A DNA stretch of 64,000 nucleotides from Eledone cirrhosa (lineage: Eukaryota). Where the stretch lies: NCBI GenBank assembly GCA_964016885.1, contig OZ024763.1, positions 5,704,001 through 5,768,000 on the forward strand. The letters run 5' to 3'. Positions 39,410 to 54,115 of this stretch are shown in pieces. How positions within the stretch are numbered: position 1 is the stretch's first letter; the number at the start of each line of letters is the position of its first letter. Under the pieces are notes generated by a model. That model saw only the letters and a program-made list of their open reading frames with translations, did no database searches and had not been told where the DNA came from. Position numbers and translations under genes: made by a program.

Positions 39410-42400
39410 CTATTACTACCACTATTATAGACAATACTACTGCTACTATTATTAACACCACTAATAACACTACTACTACCACTAACACTAGTATTACTAC
39501 CACTAATAACATTACTATTACTATTAATAAAACATCTACTACCACTAATAACACTACTACTGGCACTAATAGCACTATTACAACTACTACTAATACAAAC
39601 ACTGATAACACTACTACTACCACTAATGAGACTACTACTACTACTACTAATGACACTACTACTACTACTACTAATAACACTACTAATACCAACACTACTA
39701 CTACTACTAAAACACTACTACTACCACTAACACTAGTATTACTACCACTAATAACATTACTATTACTATTAATAAAACATCTACTACCACTAATAACACT
39801 ACTACTACCACTAATAACACTACTACTGGCACTAATAGCACTATTACAACTACTACTAATACAAACACTGATAACACTACTCTACTACCACTAATGAGAC
39901 TACTACTACTACTAATGACACTACTAACACCACAACTACTAACTCACTACTACTACATAACTACTACTAACACCACTACTACTAACACTACTACTACTAA
40001 CTCCACTACTACTAACTCCACTACTACTAACTCCACTACTACTAACACCACTACTACTAACACTACTACTACTAACATAACTACTACTAACATAACTACT
40101 ACTAACACTACTACTACTACTAACACTACTACTACTAACACCACTACTACTAACACGACTACTACTAACACCACTACTAACACCACTACTAACACCACTA
40201 CTACACTACTACCAACTACTACTAACACTACTACTAACACTACTACTACTACACACCACTACTAACACCACTACTAACACACTACTAACACTACTACTAA
40301 CACTACTACTAACACTACTACACTAACACCCTACTAACACCACTACTAACACCACTACTAACACCACTACTAACACACTACTAACACCACTACTACTAAC
40401 ACCACTACTAACACCACTACTAACACTACTACTAACACTACTACTAACACTACTACTAACACTACTACTACTAACACCACTACTAACACCACTACTAACA
40501 CCACTACTAACACTACTACTAACACTACTACTAACACTACTACTAACACTACTACTACTAACACCACTACTAACACCACTACTAACACCACTACTACTAA
40601 CACCACTACTAACACCACTACTAACACTACTACTAACACTACTACTAACACCACTACTAACACCACTACTACTAACACCACTACTAACACCACTACTAAC
40701 ACCACTACTAACACCACTACTAACACCACTACTAACACCACTACTAACACCACTACTACTAACACCACTACTAACACCACTACTAACACCACACTAACAC
40801 ACTACTAACACCACTACTAACACCACTACTAACACCACTACTAACACCACTACTAACACCACTACTACTAACACCACTACTAACACTACTACTAACACTA
40901 CTACTAACACCACTACTACTAACACCACTACTAACACCACTACTAACACTACTACTAACACTACTACTAACACTACTACTAACACTACTACTAACACTAC
41001 TACTAACACTACTACTAACACTACTACTAACACTACTACTAACACTACTACTAACACTACTAACACTAACACCACTACTAACACTACTACTAACACTAAT
41101 ACTAACACTAATACTAACACTACTACTAACACCACTACTAACACTAATACTAACACCACTACTAACACCACTACTAACACTACTACTAACACTAATACTA
41201 ACACTACTACTAACACTAATAATAACACTACTACTAACACTACTACTAACACTACTACTAACACTAATACTAACACTAATACTAACACTAATACTAACAC
41301 CACTACTAACACTACTACTAACACTAATACTAACACTAATACTAACACTACTACTAACACTACTACTAACACTACTACTAACACTACTACTAACACTACT
41401 ACTAACACTACTACTAACACTAATACTAACACTAATACTAACACTACTACTAACACTACTACTAACACTAATACTAACACTAATACTAACACCACTACTA
41501 ACACCACTACTAACACTACTACTAACACTAATACTAACACTAATACTAACACTAATACTAACACCACTACTAACACTAATACTAACACCACTACTAACAC
41601 CACTACTAACACTACTACTAACACTAATACTAACACTAATACTAACACTACTACTAACACTAATAATAACACTAATACTAACACTACTACTAACACTACT
41701 ACTAACACTACTACTAACACTACTACTAACACTACTACTAACACTACTACTAACACTACTACTAACACTAATAATAACACTAATACTAACACTACTACTA
41801 ACACTACTACTAACACTACTACTAACACTACTATTAACACTACTACTAACACTAATACTAACACTAATACTAACACTACTACTAACACTACTACTAACAC
41901 TACTATTAACACTACTACTAACACTACTACTCACACTACTACTAACACTACTACTAACACTACTACTAACACTACTACTAACACTACTACTAACACTACT
42001 ATTAACACTACTACTAACACTACTACTCACACTACTACTAACACTAATACTAACACTACTACTAGCACTAATACTAACACTACTACTAACACTACTACTA
42101 ACACTACTACTAACACTACTACTAACACTACTACTAACACTAATACTAACACTAATACTAACACTACTACTAACACTACTACTAACACTAATACTAACAC
42201 TAATACTAACACTACTACTAACACTACTACTAACACTACTACTAACACTACTACTAACACTACTACTAACACTAATACTAACACTACTACTAACACTACT
42301 ACTAACACTACTACTAACACTAATACTAACACTACTACTAACACTACTACTAACACTAATACTAACACCACTACTAACACTACTACTAACACTACTACTA

Positions 42401-45400
42401 ACACTAATACTAACACCACTACTAACACTACTACTAACACTACTACTAACACTACTACTAACACTACTACTAACACTACTACTAACACTAATACTAACAC
42501 TAATACTAACACTACTACTAACACTACTACTAACACTACTACTAACACTACTACTAACACTACTACTAACACTAACACTAATACTAATACTAACACTACT
42601 ACTAACACTAATACTAACACTACTACTAACACTACTACTAACACTACTACTAACACTACTACTAACACTACTACTAACACTACTACTAACACTACTACTA
42701 ACACTAATACTAACACTAATACTAACACTACTACTAACACTACTACTAACACTACTACTAACACTACTACTAACACTACTACTAACACTAACACTAATAC
42801 TAATACTACTACTAACACTAACACTACTACTAACACTAATACTAACACTACTACTAACACTAATACTAACACGACTACTAACACTAATACTAACACTACT
42901 ACTAACACTACTACTAACACTACTACTAACACTACTACTAACACTACTACTAACACCACTACTAACACTACTACTAACACTACTACTAACACTAATACTA
43001 ACACTAATACTAACACTACTACTAACACTACTACTAACACTACTACTAACACTAATACTAACACTACTACTAACACTACTACTAACACTAATACTAACAC
43101 TAATACTAATACTAACACTACTACTAACACTACTACTAACACTACTACTAACACTAACACTACTACTAACACTACTACTAACACTACTACTAACACTACT
43201 ACTAACACTAATACTAACACTACTACTAACACTACTACTAACACTAATACTAACACCACTACTAACACCACTACTAACACCACTACTAACACTACTACTA
43301 ACACTACTACTAACACTAATACTAACACTAATACTAACACTAATACTAACACTACTACTAACACTACTAGTAACACTACTACTAACACCACTACTAACAC
43401 TAATACTAACACTACTACTAACACTACTACTAACACTAATACTAACACCACTACTAACACCACTACTAACACTACTACTAACACCACTACTAACACCACT
43501 ACTAACACTACTACTAACACTACTACTAACACTACTACTAACACTAATACTAACACTAATACTAACACGACTACTAACACTACTACTAACACTACTACTA
43601 ACACGACTACTAACACTAACACTAATACTAACACGACTACTAACACTAATACTAACACTACTACTAACACTAATACTAACACGACTACTAACACTAATAC
43701 TAACACCACTACTAACACTAATACTAACACTACTACTAACACTACTACTAACACTACTACTAACACTACTACTAACACTAATACTAACACTACTACTAAC
43801 ACTAATACTAACACTAATACTAACACGACTACTAACACTAATACTAACACTAATACTAACACTACTACTAACACTACTACTAACACTAATACTACTACTA
43901 ACACCACTACTACTAACACTACTACTAACACTACTACTAACACCACTACTAACACCACTACTAACACTACTACTAACACCACTACTACTAACACCACTAC
44001 TACTAACACCATTACTAACACTAATACTAACACTACTACTAACACTACTACTACTAACACTACTACTAACACTACTACTAACACTACTACTAACACCACT
44101 ACTAACACTACTACTAACACTACTACTAACACCACTACTAACACTACTACTAACACCACTACTAACACTACTACTAACACCACTACTAACACTAATACTA
44201 ACACTACTACTAACACTACTACTAACACTACTACTAACACTACTACTAACACTACTACTAACACCACTACTAACACCACTACTAACACTACTACTAACAC
44301 CACTACTACTAACACCACTACTAACACTAATACTAACACTACTACTAACACTACTACTACTAACACTACTAACACCACTACTACTAACGCTACTACTAAC
44401 ACTACTACTAATACCACTACTGACACTACTACTAACACTACTACTAACACTACTACTAACACTACTACTAACACTACTACTAACAAAACTACTAACACCA
44501 CTACTACTAACACCACTACTACTAACACTACTACTAACACTACTACTAACACCACTACTAACACCACTACTAACACTACTACTAACACCACTACTACTAA
44601 CACCACTACTACTAACACCACTACTACTAACACCATTACTAACACTAATACTAACACTACTACTAACACTACTACTACTAACACCACTACTACTAACGCT
44701 ACTACTAACACTACTACTAATACCACTACTGACACTACTACTAACACTACTACTAACACTACTACTAACACTACTACTAACACTACTACTAACACTACTA
44801 CTAACAAAACTACTAACACCACTACTACTAATACCACTACTAACACTACTATACTAACACCACTACTACTAACACTACTACTAACACAACTACTAACACC
44901 ACTACTACCAATACCACTACTAACATTACTACTACTAACACTACTACTAACACCACTACTACTAATAACACTACTAACACTACTATTAACACCACTACTA
45001 CTAACACTACTATTAACACAACTACTAACACCACTACTACTAATACCACTACTAACACTACTACTAACACTACTACTAACAACACTACTAACACTACTAC
45101 TAACACCACTACTACTAACACCACCACCCCTCACACCACCACTTCTAACACCACCACTACTAACACCACCACTACTAACACCACCACTACTAACACCACT
45201 ACTACTAACACTACTACTAACACAACTACTACTAATACCACTACTAACACTACTACTAACACCACTACTACTAATAACACTACTAACACCACTACTAACA
45301 CCACCACTACTAACACCACCACTACTAACACCACCACTACTAACACCACCACTACTAACACCAACACTACTAACACCACCACCATCAACATCATTATCAT

Positions 45401-45725
45401 CATTTTACTTTCACCATGTTCATCATCATCACCACCAGCATCAATACCATCACCACCACCAATACTATCACCACCATCACCATCAATACTATCACCACTA
45501 TCACCACCATCACCATCATCAATACCATCACTTCCACCAACACCATCACCACCAAAACCACCAAAACCACCACCACCACCATCACTTCCATCACCAACAC
45601 CACCACCATCACTTCCACCACCATCAATACCATCACCACCAACACCAATAGCATCAATACCACCACCACCACCACCACCACCACCAATACCACCACCACC
45701 ACCAATACCACCACCACCATCATCA
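39410..45725. repeat. ~6-kb ACT/AAC/ACC triplet-based satellite (12-mer ACTACTAACACT core)
   Basis: Almost G-free plus strand. This is the source of the poly-V/L/S/T ORFs. Confidence 0.95.
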
Positions 45726-46019
45726 TCATATGTTATACAATCAGTTATATATACCTCTATAAGCTGGTGTGTGTATGAGGGTATGCCTTAACTGTTTAGT
45801 GTTGAAACCGGCCAAAACCGGCCAGAATTCTCTACCTCTTTCTGTTGAAACCGGCTGTAACTGGTCACTCATACTGATGTTAAGGTATTGTTCTCAAAAT
45901 AAATACTTTCAAAATCTCATAGATTCGATATTATGTGAGGTAAAGCTTTTACCATGAAAATATAATAGTATATATAGAGTAATGTAAATGGTAAAGTGGG
46001 GTGTGTTGTGAATGAGTAA

Positions 46020-46372
46020 TAGAGAGGTGTGTAGGAGAGTTATAGAGAGGGTGTAGGAGAGTTATAGAGAGGGTGTAGGAGAGTTATAGAGAGGTGTTTA
46101 TGAGAGTTATAGAGAGGGTATATGAGAGTTATAGAGAGGGTATATGAGAGTTATAGGGAGGTGTGTATGAGAGTTATAGAGAGGGTGTAGGAGAGTTATA
46201 GGGAGGTGTGTATGAGAGTTATAGAGAGGGTATATGAGAGTTATAGGGAGGTGTGTATGAGAGTTATAGAGAGGGTGTAGGAGAGTTATAGGGAGGTGTG
46301 TATGAGAGTTATAGAGAGGGTGTATGAGAGTTATAGAGAGGGTATATGAGAGTTATAGGGAGGGTGTATGAG
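46020..46372. repeat. 21-23-bp purine-rich minisatellite
   Basis: Unit GAGAGTTATAGAGAGGGTGTAT and variants. Confidence 0.88.
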
Positions 46373-46680
46373 ATGTATTGTTGTGGTCTATGTATGGTCA
46401 CTGCCTTCAGCTGTTTTTCTTGATGTCACATGTTTTAACTGTTGTGTTTACTCTGGAGGGTAATGTTTTAACATAACTGTTCTATTGAGTGCTTTGTGGT
46501 TGACTCAAACAACTCAAGTAGTACCTGCTATATGGCAGTTACAACTTTGATTTGTATCTATTGTAATATACATATATATATATAGATACATGTGTGTGTG
46601 TGTGTATATATATATACACGCACACACATATATATATATGAGGGATTTGTAGTTTACTTGAAGCATTGTGTATGGTGTAT

Positions 46681-47048
46681 AGAATTTGAAGTTTGAAAGC
46701 CACAACAATGCAAAATGGAGGAACAAAGAAATCAGACAAAACAAGATGTTATGTTTTACTTTAATTTATTTATATGCCCTGATATTTCGAGATCAAAACT
46801 CTTTTTCAGAGGCAAATAAAAGGGAGTAATCTACTGATCAGCTCAACGCACTATACCGTGTGGCCAGAAGTGGCATAGCACGTTCTGCCCAACACTAGAT
46901 TAGTCCCTTTTATTTCCCTCTGCAGAAGAGTTTTGGTCTCTAAATATCAGGATATATAAATAAATTAAGGTAAGACACAACATCTTGTTTTGTCTGATTT
47001 CTTTGTTCCCCCATTTCGCATTGTTGTGGCTTTTAAACTTCAAATTCT
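46681..47048. repeat. Diverged inverted repeat (~155-bp arms) with decayed hammerhead cores
   Basis: Minus 46778-46812 reads CCT-CTGAAAA-AGAG..CTC-GAAA-TATC-AGG. Plus 46917-46951 reads CCT-CTGCAGA-AGAG..CTC-TAAA-TATC-AGG. Confidence 0.75.
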
Positions 47049-47447
47049 CTCTATATGTATCTCTATCTATCTATCTATCTATCTATGTATATAACAAAGG
47101 AAGTGTGGTAAGGAACCTGGTGGACCATAACGCACCAGAGTACTCGATACTTTGGGTAGTAGAGTGGGTAATAGGAACCCCGACGGCAGAGCTCAAGCCG
47201 TTTCGACGGTTAATAGTCCAGAGATAGCTGTCGAAATGGCTTGAGCTCTGCCGTTGGGGTCTTGACTCTTTTCCTATTATCTATATATATATATATATAT
47301 AGGAAAAGAGTCAGGACCCCGACAGCTAGATCCAATATATAGTAGTGTATAAATCATTTCTATATATAATAAAGATGGATGCCTATACTCTGTCAATGTA
47401 TTGAGTACCTTTTTTAACTGTGGTTACCTTCTGACACAACTCGGAAA

Positions 47448-47494
<47 letters not shown>

Positions 47495-48457
47495 TGCCTG
47501 GTACACACACACGCACACTCTCTTTCTCTTACATACACACACAGATATTCATCTGTCCAATGCATGCCACATATATTTCGTTGTTTTGAGAACACCTCAG
47601 TGTATCACGGTGCATTTACAGTGCATGTTTAGGTGATGGGTGCAACATGCATGTATATCTATTTCCTGTTATTGCAGAGATTGTTGTTATCATTGCTGTT
47701 GTTGTTGTTTCTATAAATTTCTCATTAAATATATAATTTATTATTCTTATCTCTAATGTTTGTATATAGAGGGCGGGGGGGGGGGCAAGGATCTCTGTAG
47801 GTTTTGATCTTTAATGTTTTGGGTGTTTCAATCAACAGATTGTTCCACTACTCTTTAAATTAACGTTTATTTAAAGTGACAATCCCTTATGGTTGATTCC
47901 CAACTTGCTAGAAATAGCAGTCAAGTTGGTTAGCAAACCCGGGATGTTTTTCTTCTTTGATGTTATAAAATTATCAATAAACCTTCCTGGGTGTACCTTT
48001 ATTCCATTGCTGTACTTACTTTTCGATTATCACTTTTCGTTTTTGCGTGATGTGCAAAGGAACCAACCAACAAACATCTCTCTTTTATATTATGTATAGA
48101 TATAATATATACACACACACACACACACATACATACACCTCTTAAAAGAACTAGTATAAACATATACCATCTGGTTCAACTGCCCACCCCTGCTCTGTCC
48201 TATCTACCCCCTCACCCCCTGCTCTCTCTTATCTCCCTCCTGCCCTGCTCTCTCTTATCTCCCTCCTCCCCTGCTCTCTTTTACCTCCCTCCCCACCCCC
48301 TTCTCTGTCTCTCCTCCTCCTGCCCTTCCTCTATCACACCTAACCCCCCCCCAACCTTTTAATCTATTCTAGCCTGTCTCTAAATGAAGTGTTTCAACCC
48401 TTGTCCTTTTTTCCATTTGATTTCTTTCTTTGATTGTCCCCCTCTTTTTCTTCACAG

Positions 48458-48509
48458 TGCCGGTGTGTTCAAGTGTCCAGAAGATGACAAACCTCTCGAC
48501 TACAGCAAA
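48458..48509 (+). CDS. TRAF4: TRAF4-like coding exon (end of RING region; probable exon 2)
   Basis: Pyrimidine tract+cag acceptor and gtaagc donor. 52 bp reading (S)AGVFKCPEDDKPLDYSK, which resembles vertebrate TRAF4 SEGVFKCPEDQLPLDYAK as recalled. Confidence 0.9.
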
Positions 48510-49015
48510 GTAAGCCTCGTCTTAACATTTATTTAACATTGTTGATCTGTGGTTCAACTTAGTGACATATGATCTGTAGATCAACTAAAACTTAGTGACA
48601 TAAATGGTGGTTCAACCAATGATATAAATGATCTGTTGTTCAACTTTCACCCACAGATCATGTGTCACTATTAAATATTTGTAACAGATGATCTACAATT
48701 CATCTAAAACTCTGTAACAGATAATCTAGAGTTGAACTAAAACTTAGTGACACATAATCTACAGTTGAACTAAAATTTTGTAACAAATAATCTACAGTTC
48801 ATCTAAAACTTAGTAACAGATGATCTACAGTTGAACTAAAACTTTGTAACAGATGATCTACAGTTGAACTAAAACTTTGTAACAGATGATCGTAAACCCA
48901 GCAACTATACATAAGATGAAGCAGTTGACTCTAATTATTAAAACACGTGATATTTTAATTAAAATGTCTAAAATTCCTCCACACACATCTAATTGGAGTT
49001 GTTGTTTATTTTCAG

Positions 49016-49120
49016 CTTTATCCTGACAACAACCTGTACACAGAGATCACCTCCAGCCTGATCAGGTGCAAACACTACAAAGATGGATGCAAATGGGTCG
49101 ACCAGCTGGGAAAATTACAG
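49016..49120 (+). CDS. TRAF4: TRAF4-like coding exon (first TRAF zinc finger start)
   Basis: ttttcag acceptor and gtaaga donor. 105 bp, LYPDNNLYTEITSSLIRCKHYKDGCKWVDQLGKLQ, in frame with the previous exon. Confidence 0.92.
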
Positions 49121-49870
49121 GTAAGATAAATCAGAAGTGTTTTGTATGTGAATCACAATAGGTTAAGTGGAATGTTGGTGTGTGTATGAACTGGATGAGC
49201 AGATGTGAAGAGTAGGGACTGCTAGGAGTTTAAAAAATAGGTCAGTTTCTAGTTTTGTGTTTCTTTTTGTTATTAATATATCTAAGAAAGACGTCTTACA
49301 AAAATATCTTATTATTAAGAGTAAATGACAGCTGAAATCATTTTTTTTTTTAAATACTGACAAGGGCAGAGCTGCAAACCACAATTATAGAACCTTGTGT
49401 GAAAAGATGCAACCGACCTCATTGTGCGACAACCCATCTTCAAAATTAAGAATAACTTCTCGTGTAACTTGTAAAACTTAATTTATGTCATAACCTGCTG
49501 AGATTTCGATGAACATTATGTAGAAAAGGCAGGACTGACACTCTGACAAAGGACGACAGTCCATAGGCAGCAAATCAGAACCCTGCATACTAGAAATATC
49601 CCTCAAAGCAAACATAGAAGAATGTGGAGGAAAAACGCTGCCAAACCTCGATGTTTTCCCCTTCTACCAATGTGATTATGAAATCACAGAACAGGGTAGA
49701 ATTAAGAGAAAATGTTAATCAGAAAATTCAAACCAACTTTGAATTCACTTACAACATAATAATTTTTTTCAGCGCAAAAGGAAAGTAGAGTTACGTCCCT
49801 TATCACAGATTAAAAAAATTTTTTTACACACAAGCAACAACAAAAAAATAAGTTGTATCTTATTCTTCAG

Positions 49871-50032
49871 AGTCACCTGGATATCTGTCGGTATGATGCT
49901 GTGTCATGTCCCAATAGCTGTTCAGCCCTTCTCTCTCGCATGTGTGTCCATGACCATTTAGAATTTACCTGTCCAAGACGGAGGGTTCTTTGTAAATTCT
50001 GTGGAAATGAGTTTTCTGGAGAACAATTTGAG
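49871..50032 (+). CDS. TRAF4: TRAF4-like coding exon (TRAF-type zinc fingers)
   Basis: ttcttcag / gtaagt. 162 bp, SHLDICRYDAVSCPNSCSALLSRMCVHDHLEFTCPRRRVLCKFCGNEFSGEQFE. Confidence 0.93.
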
Positions 50033-50339
50033 GTAAGTTCTCTTCACAATTGCCTTCTTCATTCCATCATCATCACCATCATCATCACCATCATCACCAT
50101 CACCATCATCGTCATCATCGCCATCATTGTCATCATCACCGCCATCGTCATCATCGTCATCACCGTCATCACCACCATCTTGAATATCATCACCATCATC
50201 ATCACCATTGACGCCATCATTGTCATCATCACCATCATCATCATTACAACCATCACTCACCAGCATTGTCATCACCATTATCACCACTCACCATCATCAT
50301 CTGTTTACTCTACTAGCAAGGTTTGGATTGGTCTTCAAA

Positions 50340-50596
50340 CCAAACCTAACCAGAAGCCATGGTTTGCTACATGATAATCAAACACGATCCAAACCTAACC
50401 AGAAGCCATGGTTTGCTACATGATAATCAAACACGATCCAAACCTAACCAGAAGCCATGGTTTGCTACATGATAATCAAACACGATCCAAACCTAACCAG
50501 AAGCCATGGTTTGCTACATGATAATCAAACACGATCCAAACCTAACCAGAAGCCATGGTTTGCTACATGATAATCAAACACGATCCAAACCTAACC
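50340..50596 (+). repeat. 49-bp x5 intronic tandem repeat
   Basis: Unit CCAAACCTAACCAGAAGCCATGGTTTGCTACATGATAATCAAACACGAT. Confidence 0.92.
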
Positions 50597-50619
50597 AATG
50601 TTTTCTCTTTGTTATATAG

Positions 50620-50781
50620 AATCACAATGGTAACTGTCCGTATGAATCTGTTTGGTGTGAGAACAAATGTGGAGCCCGTCTTGACAGACGACATCTCTCC
50701 AATCATATGAAGAATGAATGTCACAAGAGGACTGTCTTGTGTCAATATTGTAAGAGGGAGTTTGTGGAAGAAACATTACAG
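50620..50781 (+). CDS. TRAF4: TRAF4-like coding exon (TRAF-type zinc fingers)
   Basis: tatag / gtaact. 162 bp, NHNGNCPYESVWCENKCGARLDRRHLSNHMKNECHKRTVLCQYCKREFVEETLQ. Confidence 0.93.
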
Positions 50782-51601
50782 GTAACTTACTACACAAATA
50801 TATATATTGCTATATTAAGATGGTGCTTTGTACAACTAAAACATTTCTGTTTGCTGTACTTTACCACCTGGACACTGATAAGACTAATTTATATTAAACT
50901 GTAACACCTATCTCTCTATTTATCTGTCTCTCTCTCTGTCTACCTACCTATCTATTTATGCCTCTCTCTCTCTCTCTTTATGTCTCTCTGTTTTTCTCTT
51001 TCTCTATCTCTCTTTCTCTATCTCTCTTTCTCTATCTCTCTTTCTGTCTGTCTACTTGTCTATCTATCTATCTACATCTTTTTCTCTCTGCTGTCTATCT
51101 ATCTACCTATCTACCTACCTATCTATCTATCTATCTATCTACCTATCTATCTACCTATCTATTTATCTACCTATCTATCTAACTGATTCTTTTTTTCAAA
51201 TACCACTTTGGAAGAAGAATCAGGATGGAGAGAAAGGTGCTGTACCCCAGCAAGTTTTATGAAAGGTGGGTGAAAGTGGTGAGAATGGCCCGAGTGAATG
51301 GGCCTTCTCTCTATATCAGCCTGTAGGTTGAGGAAAAGGAGGAGGAGAGGAAAGGAGTACAAACTCTTCGTACTCCTGGAGATGAGAGTTGCACATTTTT
51401 TCGGGGGTCTGTGTTACCCATATAAACTGTCTCCCCCTATTGGGGAAAATCGACTAATTTTTTAAATTGCATTTGTGATAGTATTTTACGTTTTTATTGT
51501 ATGTAAACTTCCCCCTTTGTATTTGTCCCCTTCTTTTGTGCCCCTGTGGCTAATAAAGAAATATATCTATCAATGTCGCTGTTCTTGTCTCTCTCCCACA
51601 G

Positions 51602-51757
51602 ACCCATCAGTACCAGTGTCCCAGATTCCCAGTCCAGTGTCCTAACCAATGTGAGACAGCCAAGATCCCTAGAGAGGAAGTTGAGGATCACATCCAGGAA
51701 CGTTGTCCCTCAGTCTCAATCACGTGTGCTTTTAAAGACGCTGGATGTAAGACTAAG
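51602..51757 (+). CDS. TRAF4: TRAF4-like coding exon (last zinc fingers)
   Basis: cccacag / gtaaca. 156 bp, THQYQCPRFPVQCPNQCETAKIPREEVEDHIQERCPSVSITCAFKDAGCKTK. Confidence 0.93.
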
Positions 51758-52035
51758 GTAACAACACTTCTACTACTCTTGTTGTTGTTGTTGTTGTTGT
51801 TACTGCTATTACTGTTGTTGTTGTTGTGGTTTTTGTTGTTGTTACTGCTGTTGATGTCTCTGTCGTCATTGTTTTTATTTGTATGTGTGTATATATGTGT
51901 GGGTGTGTATGTTTACATATATATGTATGTGTGTGTATGTGTGTATATGGGTGTGTATGTGTATATATCTATGCGTGTCTGTATGTGTGTGTATATATGT
52001 GTTTGTGTGTGTATGTTGGGTCACTCTTGAGTGCT

Positions 52036-52208
52036 ACTGGTAACATGTAACCCAGTCCCCTTGTCGCATGGTCAGGTCATCGGCAACTGAACCGGCAACC
52101 CCACCAAGTTTACTTGGTGAGGAGGAAGATTGTGGACACCCTGCAGGACAAAAAACAAAACCTGACAAAGGGTGGAAGAACTCATAAGAGTCAACAGCCA
52201 TCCAAAAA
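52036..52208 (+). mobile_element. Dispersed retroposon-like repeat
   Basis: Diverged inverted copy at ~57707-57865. Confidence 0.55.
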
Positions 52209-52285
52209 TCTGTAAATATGTATATACATATATACATGTGTGTATATATATATATATATTTATTTATTTATATATATATATATAT

Positions 52286-52630
52286 GGAGGCACATAGCTT
52301 AGTGGTTAGAGCATTGGTCTTGCAATCGAAAGGTTGTGAGTTCAATTCTCAGACCGGGTGATGTGTTGTTTCCTTGAGCAAGACACTTTATTTCACATTG
52401 CTCCAGTTTACTCAGCTGTAGAAATGAGATGATAGGGACTGAGGTCCATATCATTCCACTGTAAAGTGGTCGTGGAGGTGCCACGGCAAAAAAAGCACCC
52501 AGCATTCACTGTAAATGAGGTTGGTGTTAGGAAGGGCATCCAGCTGTAGAAATCAAGCCAGAATCAGTTCCCGTCCCACCCTTGCAAGCAGGGAAAAAGT
52601 GGCCGTAAAAATGAAAAAAAAAATGAAATG
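52286..52630 (+). mobile_element. tRNA-derived SINE family B, intronic
   Basis: Near-identical to 32826-33168. Confidence 0.85.
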
Positions 52631-52806
52631 ATATACATTATATATATATATAATGTATATACGTGTATGCAAATGTGTATATATGTTTGTGTAAATACGT
52701 ATATATATATTTGTGTGTGTATGTGAGTGCATATATATATATGTGTGTGTGTGTGTGTGTTTATAAACTCAATTCTTATATGGTATATATATTATTTGTG
52801 TTCCAG

Positions 52807-53421
52807 TGTCAAAGAATCCATCTGGATGGTCACATGGAAGAAAACATGAAGCGACATTTGACCCTGGTCTGGGAATTGGTCCGGCAGCAACAGCAGGAGA
52901 TTCGCCAACTCAAGAACTCTCTCTACGCCAGTACACAGATCACCAATGGCAGTTATATATGGAAAATCAATGACTATAAATCAAAATATCTTGAAGCTGC
53001 TTATAAAGGAGCCAAGGAGTTAAAATGTCAACCTTTTTACACCTCCAGACACGGCTACAAGGTGTCTGCTTCTGTCTTCCTCAATGGCTACGGAAATTCC
53101 GATGGCAAATATCTTTCGTTGTATTTCAAAATCTTGCCCGGAGAATATGACAACCTTCTCGAGTGGCCGTTTCGACTTCCTGTGACATTTACCTTGTACG
53201 ACCAAGCTGTAGATCCCGACAAACGGAAGAACATCATTGAGCGTTTCGTCCCCGATCCTACAAGGAAACAGTTTAAGAAACCGCACCCTGATATAGAAAC
53301 TCTCGGCTTCGGTTACCCCAAGTTTCTCTCCATTGAGACTTTAAAGACCAGAAACTTTATCAAAGACGATGCTCTGTACATAGGAATCTCCGTCGACAAT
53401 AAAACATTTATAGTGCCGTGA
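52807..53421 (+). CDS. TRAF4: TRAF4-like terminal coding exon: coiled coil and MATH/TRAF-C domain
   Basis: ttccag acceptor. CQRIHLDGHMEE...YIWKINDY...PFYTSRHGYKVSASVFLNGYG...LEWPF...GFGYPKF...FIKDDALYI, then TGA. These are canonical TRAF-C motifs. Confidence 0.95.
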   Translation, partial: CQRIHLDGHMEENMKRHLTLVWELVRQQQQEIRQLKNSLYASTQITNGSYIWKINDYKSKYLEAAYKGAKELKCQPFYTSRHGYKVSASVFLNGYGNSDGKYLSLYFKILPGEYDNLLEWPFRLPVTFTLYDQAVDPDKRKNIIERFVPDPTRKQFKKPHPDIETLGFGYPKFLSIETLKTRNFIKDDALYIGISVDNKTFIVP

Positions 53422-54068
53422 GTTGGCTTTCGAGGGTCATATTTTGGGTCACTGTTATTGAAAAGTTCATTTTGTGTCAACAAAACTCTCTCACATACAC
53501 ACAGACCTAGTCTTCTTGCCATCTACATGAAGGGGAGGTTTTTTTGTGCTTTTTTGCCCCTTCTTTAACCAGTTTTTGATAAATCCTGAAACCATGGAAG
53601 AAACAAGAAAAACTGCAAGAAGAAAAAAATGGTCTTCCTTTGTTGAAGAATTTACTGTTCACATCTATTTTCAAAGATCTGTAACACAAGGGGATGGTTT
53701 CACAGTTTTGTAGTCATGGACGACTGTTGGTCCCCTCTTCTCTCACATAACACAATTAGGGATTTATTTTCCATCATCATATCCTCAAATTTATATTTAT
53801 ATATATACATACACACATATTCTTATATATATACACACACACATTCTTATATATATACACACAAACATTTACATATGTATATATCTACTTTTGTTTTCAA
53901 TGAAGATATGAGAAGGCCAGATTCCAATAACTTCCTTTATTGTTGCATAATCGCATAATACATATTTCTGTGGTTGGCTTACATCATCAGACATAAACGA
54001 AATATATATATATATATATATGAAATATATGAAATATAAGAATCAAAGAACTGTTCAAAACATTTTTG

Positions 54069-54115
54069 TGCTTACAACTGTTTCCTCCAAACCGAGGTTT
54101 GGATTCTTCGGAGCA
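54069..54115 (-). ncRNA. Hammerhead motif with one core substitution (CCGAAGA)
   Basis: Reverse complement TGCT-CCGAAGA-A-TCCAAAC-CTCG-GTTTGGA-G-GAAA-C-AGTT-G-TA-AGCA. Confidence 0.55.

Noticed and set aside
42027-45134. 1035-aa Val/Leu-rich ORF
   Set aside because: It is a translation of the ACTACTAACACT satellite with no domain content.
52663-52806. N-terminal part of the 252-aa ORF
   Set aside because: Intronic microsatellite read-through; the real exon starts after the acceptor at 52806.
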